DNA from: an uncultured delta proteobacterium
Lineage (GTDB): Bacteria > Desulfobacterota > Desulfobaccia > Desulfobaccales > 0-14-0-80-60-11
DNA: 64,000 nt
Assembly (NCBI GenBank): GCA_963701845.1
Contig: CAVPBF010000006.1
Coordinates: forward strand, 477,084-541,083
Reading direction: 5' to 3'
The position numbers were made by a program, and so were the translations under genes. The notes under the pieces were generated by a model. That model was not told the DNA's origin. It did no database searches and worked only from the letters and a program-made list of their open reading frames with translations. Positions 57,287 through 64,000 of the stretch are shown here, piece after piece (within the stretch, counting starts at the first letter, position 1; every line of letters starts with the position of its first letter).

Positions 57287-59125
57287 ATGACTAAAGAAAT
57301 CACACGCATCCTCATGGGCAACGAGGCCATCGGCCGGGGGCTGGTGGAGGCCGGGGTCAGTCTGGCCGCGTCCTATCCCGGCACCCCGGCCTCGGAAATC
57401 CTTCAGGCAGTAGTGGTTCATGCCAAGGAGACCTGCGCCGCGCTCCATGCCGAGTGGTCGGTGAACGAAAAGGTGGCCTACGAGACCGCCCTGGCCAACA
57501 GTTACACCGGCCGCAGGTCTGCGGTAGCCATGAAGCAGGTGGGGCTGAATGTCGCCTCGGACCCCTTCATGCGTTCCGCCTATCTGGGGGTCAAGGGCGG
57601 CCTCATCGTCATCGCGGCCGACGACCCCGGGCCGCACTCCTCTCAGACCGAGCAGGACTCCCGCTTCTTTGCCATGTTCGCCAAGCTGCCGGTCCTGGAC
57701 CCGGCCAGCCCCCGGGAGGCCAAAGAAATGGTGCGCACCGCCCTGGAACTCTCGGAGCAGTATGAACTGCCGGTGATGCTGCGGCCCACCACCCGGGTCT
57801 GCCACGCCCGGCAGAATATTTTGTTAGAGCCTTTCCAGCCTTTAGATAGGCCAGCCTTTTTCGAGAAAAACGCCCGGCGCTGGTGCGCCACCCCCCAATT
57901 CCTGCGGGAGCTGCACCGGGAACTCAACGCCAAGCTCGACCGCATCGCCGCCGATGCTAGATTTTTATCCGGCGCTCACGCCGGGCGACGGCTCCCATCC
58001 CGGGACCTGTATCATCGCCTCGGGGGTGGCCTTCGCCCACACCTGGGACCTGTTAGACGACCTGGGCCTGCTGGGCCAAGTCGATTTCTACCAGGTGACC
58101 ATGCCCTATCCCCTCAACCGCGATTTCGTCAGAGAGGTCAACCGCGTCTATCATCAGGTCCTGGTCATCGAAGAGACCTATCCGGTCATCGAGCTGCAAC
58201 TGGCCAACGGCCGGGTCCAGGGCCGGCGCTCCCGGATGGTGCCCAATGTAGGGGAGCTGACCCCGGACGTCCTCCGCCCTATACTGGAGAAATTTCTCGA
58301 TCTGCCGGCTCAGGCTGTAGCCGCCGGCCCCCAGGGGGAGGCCACCCGTCCCACCCTGTGCGCCGGCTGCGCCCACCGCGCCGCGTTTTACGCCATTCGG
58401 GAGACCTTCCCGGCAGGGATCTTTCCCGGCGACATCGGCTGCTACACCCTGGGCATGAACCTGGGGGCGGTGGACACCTGCCACTGTATGGGCGCCGGGC
58501 TTAAGCCAGGCCGCGGGCTTTTACCACGCCTTTGCCGCCGTCGGGAGAACCGGTCCCCACCATCGTGGCCACCATCGGCGACTCCACCTTTTTCCACGCC
58601 GGGATCCCGGCCCTGATCAACGCGGTGTTTCATGGGGCCCGCATCATTCTGGTCATTTTGGACAACTCCACCACCGCCATGACCGGGCACCAGCCCACGC
58701 CCCAGGTGGGGTTGACCGCCAGCGGCGCCCCGGGCCAGGCGGTCTCTATCCCTGAACTGGTGCGGGCCTGCGGGGTCGGCTTCCTGAAGGAGTGCGATCC
58801 TTACGAGGTCCTGGAGTTCATGCAGGTATTGCAGGAGGCCGACGGCTATTGCCGCGGCGAGGCGGGCGGCCCGGCGGTGGTCATCGCCAAACATGCCTGC
58901 CTGCTGGACCGGGAGGCCCGCAAGTCCCAGGCGGTCTATGAGATGTGCGTCACCGACTGCGTCGGCTGCCATCATTGCCTGGAAAATTTCGAATGCCCGG
59001 CCCTTACCCTGGATGAGGCGACCGACCAGGTGAGCATCGACGGGGTGCGCTGCGTCGGCTGCGGCGTCTGCGTCCACGTCTGCCCGGCCGGGGCCATTGA
59101 GGCGAGATTAAAGAGTGAACCTTGA
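57287..59125 (+). pseudogene. iorA: indolepyruvate:ferredoxin oxidoreductase alpha subunit, two frameshifts
   Basis: Three collinear ORFs: 57287-58504 (MGNEAIGRGLVEAGV...), 57954-58616 (CAGCAHRAAFYAI, GDIGCYTLG) and 58532-59125 (IGDSTFFHAGIPALINAV, CVGCHHCLENFECP, CVGCGVCVHVCP). Confidence 0.85.
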
Positions 59126-59180
59126 GGGAGGGAGCCAGGGGCCGAGGGGCCCCTGCCCTCCCCTCAATGAAGGAGCTACC

Positions 59181-59690
59181 TTGAAGCAGCAGATCATTGT
59201 CAGCGGCCTGGGGGGGCAGGGGGCCCTCACCGTAACCCGCTTATTAGCCGAAGCCGCCGCGGCCCTGGGTCTGGAGGTGATTACCTCCGAAACTCACGGC
59301 ATGGCCCAGCGGGGCGGCACGGTCATCTCCATGGTCAAGGTGGGGCCCTTTCGGGGTCCCTTGATCCCGGCCGGGGCTGCGGACGTGGGGCTCTTCCTGG
59401 CGGAGGCAAACCTGGGGGTGCACCGGGGCTTTCTGGCGCCCGAGGCCCAGGTTTTTGTCAATTCCGCCACTCCCGGCGATTACTTCCGGGTGGAGGCCCG
59501 CAAGCTGGCGGCAGAGATGGGCGTACCGGTGGCCGCCAACCTTATTCTGCTGGGCTTCGCCGCGGCCAAAGGCGGGCTCTTCTGCGGGGTAGAACTCCTG
59601 GAGCAGGTCATCATGGATAAGATTCCCCCCCGCTTCCGGGAGGCCAACCTCCAGGCCCTCCGCCGCGGCGCGGCTGCGGCAGCAGAATAA
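59181..59690 (+). CDS. iorB: indolepyruvate:ferredoxin oxidoreductase beta subunit
   Basis: TTG start after AAGGAG. QIIVSGLGGQGALTVTRLLA...ETHGMAQRGG is IorB/pyruvate-ferredoxin oxidoreductase gamma-like. Confidence 0.75.
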   Translation: MKQQIIVSGLGGQGALTVTRLLAEAAAALGLEVITSETHGMAQRGGTVISMVKVGPFRGPLIPAGAADVGLFLAEANLGVHRGFLAPEAQVFVNSATPGDYFRVEARKLAAEMGVPVAANLILLGFAAAKGGLFCGVELLEQVIMDKIPPRFREANLQALRRGAAAAAE

Positions 59691-59726
59691 GCAAAAATTT
59701 CACCGCAGAGGCACAGAAAAACCCGG

Positions 59727-60728
59727 ATGAAATCCCGCCGCAAAACCAGGGCCTACATCCTCCGCCACCACACCGGGCTGACGGTCTGCGGCCTCTCGGC
59801 CGTCTTGCTGGTCACGCCCCTGGTGCTCAACAACCCTTATAGCCTGGGGATTCTCAACCTCATCGGCGTCTACGTCATCGCCGTCCTGGGGCTCAACCTC
59901 TTTATCGGCTACGCCGGCCAGATTTCTTTGGGGCACGCCGCCTTCTTCGGCTTGGGGGCTTACGGCTCCGCCATCCTCACCACCACTTATAATCTCCCGC
60001 CCTGGCCCGCCATGCTGCTCACGGCCGCGGCTCTAGCGGTGGTGGCGCTGATCATCGGGGTTCCCACCCTGCGGCTCACCGGCCACTACCTGGCCATGGC
60101 CACCCTGGGCTTCAATTACGTGGTCCACAGCCTCTTTGTGCAGTGGGACGCGGTCACCGGCGGCCCCAGCGGCCTCTCCGGGATCCCTCCCCTCTCCCTC
60201 TTCGGCCTGGCCTTCGACAATGACGTCAAGTTCCATTATCTGGTCTGGACCTTTGCCCTGGTGGCCCTGACCCTTTGCCTCAACCTGGTGCGCAGCGGCG
60301 TGGGCCGCGGCCTGGCGGCCCTGGCCCAGGACGAAGTGGCCGCCTCGGCCCTGGGAGTGGACGTCAGCCGGGCCAAGGTGGGGGTCTTCGTGCTCTCGGC
60401 GGTCTTCGCCTCGGTGGCCGGCAGCCTTTACGCCCACTATTTCGGCTATGTCAACCCGGACGGCTTCAGCATCTTCAAGTCCCTGGACCTGGTCATCATG
60501 GTGGTCGTAGGCGGCCTGGGCTCTATCTGGGGCACCCTCTTCGGCGTGGCCTTCATCACGATGCTCCCCCACCTGGTGGATTGGTTCGAGACCTACTCTG
60601 ATATTATCCACGGGACCATCCTGGTGCTGATCCTGCTGTTTCTGCCCCAGGGCCTGGTCACCGGACTGCTGGATTATGCCAGGCTCCGCCTGGCCCGGCG
60701 GCGGTTAGCGGCCGCGACTGATAAATAG
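59727..60728 (+). CDS. livM: branched-chain amino acid ABC transporter permease (LivM family)
   Basis: 333 aa polytopic protein. GYAGQISLGHAAFFGLGAYG is the LivM signature. Confidence 0.8.
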   Translation: MKSRRKTRAYILRHHTGLTVCGLSAVLLVTPLVLNNPYSLGILNLIGVYVIAVLGLNLFIGYAGQISLGHAAFFGLGAYGSAILTTTYNLPPWPAMLLTAAALAVVALIIGVPTLRLTGHYLAMATLGFNYVVHSLFVQWDAVTGGPSGLSGIPPLSLFGLAFDNDVKFHYLVWTFALVALTLCLNLVRSGVGRGLAALAQDEVAASALGVDVSRAKVGVFVLSAVFASVAGSLYAHYFGYVNPDGFSIFKSLDLVIMVVVGGLGSIWGTLFGVAFITMLPHLVDWFETYSDIIHGTILVLILLFLPQGLVTGLLDYARLRLARRRLAAATDK

Positions 60729-60848
60729 ATGATGTATAAAAAGATGAACCACCGGGACCCCAAGAGCACCAGGAAAGATAATTGCGCCCCAAGGGCACAA
60801 TTACTTTGCCCCGATCTTTGGTGTTCCTGGCTTGCCGGTTAACTAATT

Positions 60849-61622
60849 ATGGACCCGCTTCTGCAAATCACCCGCCTCAGCAAGCATTTCGGGGGTCTGC
60901 CAGCCCTCTCGGAGGTGAGCTTCCGGGTCGCGCCGGGCCAGGTCACGGCCCTGATCGGTCCGAACGGCGCCGGCAAGACCACCCTGATCAACTGCCTCAC
61001 CGGGGTTATCCGGCCCGATGGCGGTGAGATTTTCTTTGACGGCGTCAATATCGCCGGCCGGCCGGCTCACCATATCGCCCGTCTGGGGGTTACCCGCACC
61101 TTCCAGAACCTGCGCCTCTTTCCCCGCCTCTCGGTTCTGGACAACGTCCTCTGCGGCCTGACCACCCTGGCCGGCGACTCCCTGTGGCAGGCCTTGCTGC
61201 GCCTTCCCGGTTTGCGCCACCGGGAGCGCCGCCTCAGGCTCACCGCCCTGGAGGCCCTGGATACCTTCGGCCTGGCCGACCAGGCGGGGCTGCCGGCGGC
61301 GATCCTGCCTTACGGCGACAAGAAGCGCCTGGAGCTGGCCCGGGCCTTCGCCTCCCAGCCGCGGCTCACCCTGTTGGATGAGCCGGTGGCCGGCCTCAAC
61401 CCCGAAGAGACCGCCCAGATTGCCGGTCTCATCCGCCAGATGCGCCTGTCCGGCAAGACCATGGTCCTGGTGGAGCACGACATGGAACTGGTGATGGGGG
61501 TCTCGGACCACGTGGTGGTCCTGGACGGCGGCAACCGCATCGCCTCGGGGAGCCCCGCGGCAGTCCGCACCAACCCCCTGGTGCTGGAGGCCTATCTGGG
61601 CCGGCTGAGCGCCACCGCTTAA
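60849..61622 (+). CDS. livG: branched-chain amino acid ABC transporter ATP-binding protein (LivG family)
   Basis: Walker A GPNGAGKTT, signature YGDKKRLELARA, Walker B LTLLDEP. Confidence 0.85.
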   Translation: MDPLLQITRLSKHFGGLPALSEVSFRVAPGQVTALIGPNGAGKTTLINCLTGVIRPDGGEIFFDGVNIAGRPAHHIARLGVTRTFQNLRLFPRLSVLDNVLCGLTTLAGDSLWQALLRLPGLRHRERRLRLTALEALDTFGLADQAGLPAAILPYGDKKRLELARAFASQPRLTLLDEPVAGLNPEETAQIAGLIRQMRLSGKTMVLVEHDMELVMGVSDHVVVLDGGNRIASGSPAAVRTNPLVLEAYLGRLSATA

Positions 61623-61642
61623 GCCTGAGACAGGATAGTCCT

Positions 61643-61675
61643 GAAAAAACGACAGGGCGCACCAGGTGCGCCCTG
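61643..61675 (-). terminator. Rho-independent terminator of the 61713-62180 gene
   Basis: The minus strand reads CAGGGCGCAC-CTG-GTGCGCCCTG followed by TCGTTTTTTCAGG. Confidence 0.6.
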
Positions 61676-61712
61676 AAAAAAAGACAGCTCAAATCCGCCT
61701 TGGAGAAGGGCG

Positions 61713-62180
61713 TTATTTCATGGAGATCGTCAGCCCGTCGCTCCCCAGGCTCAGTTGCACCCCGGTCTGCTCCGAAACCAGATTGATGACCACGCCCTTG
61801 TCATTGCGCATTAACAGGCCGGCCTTGCCTTTTATCACCGCGGCGCCGGCCGTAGCCGTCACATAGGTTCCCGCCAGGTCGGTGGGGCCAGTCAAATTGT
61901 AAACGTCTCCTTTGGCATTGAGCGTCGCGACGCCCACCGCGGCCACATTCAGGCCCTGGATCTTGAATGAGTAGGTTTTCCCTTTGAACTTCAGGTTGCC
62001 TCCACCCCAGGTCCAACCGACCCCGGCCGCCACCTGGGTGGCATTGATGGTTACCTCGCCGACGGGGTAAGGTTCCTGGGGTTGGGCCGCCACCATGACC
62101 ACGCTGAACATCAGGACTGCCGCCACGGCCAAGCTCATCAAAATCATTTTTTTGCGCATCCGCTGTGTCCTCTCTCTCAA
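61713..62180 (-). CDS. small secreted Gly/Val-rich protein, paralog 1
   Basis: Signal peptide MILMSLAVAAVLMFSVVMVAAQP. Core AAGVGWTWGGGNLKFKGKTYSFKIQGLNVAAVG...VYNL...DLAGTY is shared with the next gene. Confidence 0.5.
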   Translation of the reverse strand: MRERTQRMRKKMILMSLAVAAVLMFSVVMVAAQPQEPYPVGEVTINATQVAAGVGWTWGGGNLKFKGKTYSFKIQGLNVAAVGVATLNAKGDVYNLTGPTDLAGTYVTATAGAAVIKGKAGLLMRNDKGVVINLVSEQTGVQLSLGSDGLTISMK

Positions 62181-62246
62181 AGTGGGTAATCATTTTTGGG
62201 GGAAATAAGACCTCAGGACCTGAGGTTAAGTGCTCAAGGCTTTCAC

Positions 62247-62687
62247 CTACCTCATCTCAATGTTGAACCCCTGGGGCCCAATGGTCAGCTGGAGGCCCTG
62301 TTGGACGGTGTAGAGCTGGATGATGACCCCCTTCTGGTTCTGCATGCTGACGCCGCCCACCCCGCCGGCCACGGCGATACCAGCCCCCACCGCGGCATAA
62401 TTACCGCCCAGATCGGAGGCCCGGTATAGGTTGTAGACGTTGCCCACGGCGCTGATGGTGGAGATCCCCACGTCACCCACAGTGAGCCCCGTCAGGTCGA
62501 AGCGGTAGGTCCCCCCCTGGTACCTCAACACCCCGCTGCCCCAACTGGTCCCAATCCCGGCGGCGACACTGGTCAAATCAATGGACACCGTGCCCGAAAA
62601 GGTCCCCGGCTGGGTCTGCCCCGGAGCCGCGAACACCAGAAGCATCATAACCATTGCCAGACTCAAGAGAATTCGGTTGGTGTGCAT
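62247..62687 (-). CDS. small secreted Gly/Val-rich protein, paralog 2
   Basis: ATG at 62687 after GGAGAAAGGA. Signal MHTNRILLSLAMVMMLLVFAAPG. Core AAGIGTSWGSGVLRYQGGTYRFDLTGLTVGDVG...VYNL...DLGGNY. Confidence 0.5.
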   Translation of the reverse strand: MHTNRILLSLAMVMMLLVFAAPGQTQPGTFSGTVSIDLTSVAAGIGTSWGSGVLRYQGGTYRFDLTGLTVGDVGISTISAVGNVYNLYRASDLGGNYAAVGAGIAVAGGVGGVSMQNQKGVIIQLYTVQQGLQLTIGPQGFNIEMR

Positions 62688-62873
62688 TTTTCCGTCCTTT
62701 CTCCTGTTTGGATGATTAATTCCTGGCTCAAACCTCAAAAATAAGACCCTTAAGCAAATTGTCAAGCCATTCCCAGGCTCAGCCAGGCTGGTTGGGACCT
62801 TCCGGGTCCGGCTGGACACGGTCCCTCTCGATGGTTAAGATGATGACCAGGCCTGCACGGGTGAGGCGGCAAG

Positions 62874-63632
62874 ATGAAAATGTTTTTTCTGATCTTTTGC
62901 ACCATTCTGGCCATTAGTCTGCTCTTCACTGGCCTGCTCTATTTCCTGCGGCGCCGCTTCGTGGCCGCCGGCCTGGCCATCGAGCACCTGCACCCCTCGG
63001 TCTTCTCGTTTTTCTCCACCATCTACGCCTTTTTCCTGGGCTTCGCCATCGTCACCCTCTGGTCCGCCTTCCTCACCGCCCAGGCCAATGTCAGCCGGGA
63101 GGCCGACACTCTCCAGATGGCCTACCGCCTCTCCAAGACCCTGACCAAGTCCGAGGACTTTCGCCGGAATCTGTCCTACTACGTCCAGAGTGTGGTGGAT
63201 GATGAATGGCCCGCCATGGCGGCGACCGACGCCATGAGCGAGCAGACCGAGAAATTCCTGGAAAAATTGTGGGATAGCTTTATCCTGCTCAAACCCGCGG
63301 ATAAAAACGACAATGACCTCTACCTGGAAGTCGGCAACCGCTTGAGTACCGCAACCCAGCAGAGGCTTTCACGGGCTCTCCTCACCCGGGGCAACCTCTA
63401 CCCTCCCGTCTGGGTGATCATCATCTTCGGTTTCTTTACCCTGCTCTATGGCCTTTATTACAACCACCTGCAACAGAATCCGGTGCGCCTCTGCTTCGAT
63501 TTCATGGTGATCTTCGTGGTCCTCTGCTGCATTTACTTCATTTACGACATCGATACCCCCTTTTCGGGTTACGTGGCGGTCACTGCCGACGCCTTCAAAT
63601 TAGTCCACGCCAGAATGCTGGCTTTACGGTAA
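62874..63632 (+). CDS. membrane protein, possibly DUF4239 family
   Basis: 252 aa with two N-terminal and two C-terminal TM helices around a soluble helical core. The family name is from memory and unverified. Confidence 0.4.
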   Translation: MKMFFLIFCTILAISLLFTGLLYFLRRRFVAAGLAIEHLHPSVFSFFSTIYAFFLGFAIVTLWSAFLTAQANVSREADTLQMAYRLSKTLTKSEDFRRNLSYYVQSVVDDEWPAMAATDAMSEQTEKFLEKLWDSFILLKPADKNDNDLYLEVGNRLSTATQQRLSRALLTRGNLYPPVWVIIIFGFFTLLYGLYYNHLQQNPVRLCFDFMVIFVVLCCIYFIYDIDTPFSGYVAVTADAFKLVHARMLALR

Positions 63633-63783
63633 CTGAGCCATGAAGAACAAGCTGCGTTTCTATCCGGGACGCTCCGGGAGATGGCCGGCGCGCTCGCCCA
63701 GCCGGGGCGCCCAGGCTCCCAAGGCGCTCGTCAGACTAAAAACTTGCAACCCGAAGCTTGAAATCCCTTAAGTTGTAAACAAA

Positions 63784-64000
63784 ATGACCGATGACCTACA
63801 GGTGGGGACTAGAATTTACCGCCCGTTCCACCTCCAGGCGTTGGCGACGGGCTCGTCATTAATCATGGACACCCCGTCCAGACAATATTTCGACGACGAC
63901 GGCACCACCATGGTCCGGGCCAAACCGGCTGCCGCCCCGCTTTCGGGGTGGCAGGTAGTCTCCTGGGAAGAGACCGGCGGTCGGGTCTGCATCTGTGATG
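63784..64000 (+). CDS. hypothetical protein, N-terminal fragment (open to window end)
   Basis: ATG at 63784. The frame stays open for 72 codons (MTDDLQVGTRIYRPFHLQALATG...). No family recognised. Confidence 0.25.
   Translation, partial: MTDDLQVGTRIYRPFHLQALATGSSLIMDTPSRQYFDDDGTTMVRAKPAAAPLSGWQVVSWEETGGRVCICD

Overview
GC-rich bacterial chromosome segment, probably from a Desulfobacterota-type sulfate reducer that uses the Wood-Ljungdahl pathway (inferred from gene content only). No rRNA, tRNA, CRISPR array or transposase is visible. Gene order: (1) a type II secretion cluster gspE-F-G-H-I-J-K-L-(M) on the minus strand; (2) housekeeping genes (DegT aminotransferase, ROK kinase, tsaC, rlmB, xerD); (3) a 30 kb redox island. 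The island holds a Moorella-like hdrC-hdrB-hdrA-mvhD-metV-metF cluster, two further HdrA-type giants, a second MvhD, a cytoplasmic formate dehydrogenase and a sensor kinase/NtrC pair. Four in-frame TGA codons sit at known selenocysteine positions (FdhA, MvhD, two HdrA modules). The most interesting signal: all three transcription units of this island start at sigma54 promoters preceded by one shared dyad enhancer motif. Each unit also carries an unusual GcvH-like domain (four copies) in which the lipoyl-lysine position is Gly. One copy is fused to a 980 aa HdrA-like/ferredoxin/MvhD/FwdD-like polyprotein. Downstream lie uspA, a ferredoxin, dsrMKJOP, and a liv ABC transporter split by iorAB and a NUDIX gene. 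Frameshifts cluster in a few genes (CBS/poly(A) polymerase-family gene, dsrMKJOP, iorA, gspE, one hdrL copy). Those I resolved at nucleotide level sit in short homopolymers, so sequencing error is the leading explanation. Small GC-rich palindromic (REP-like) repeats fill many intergenic regions.
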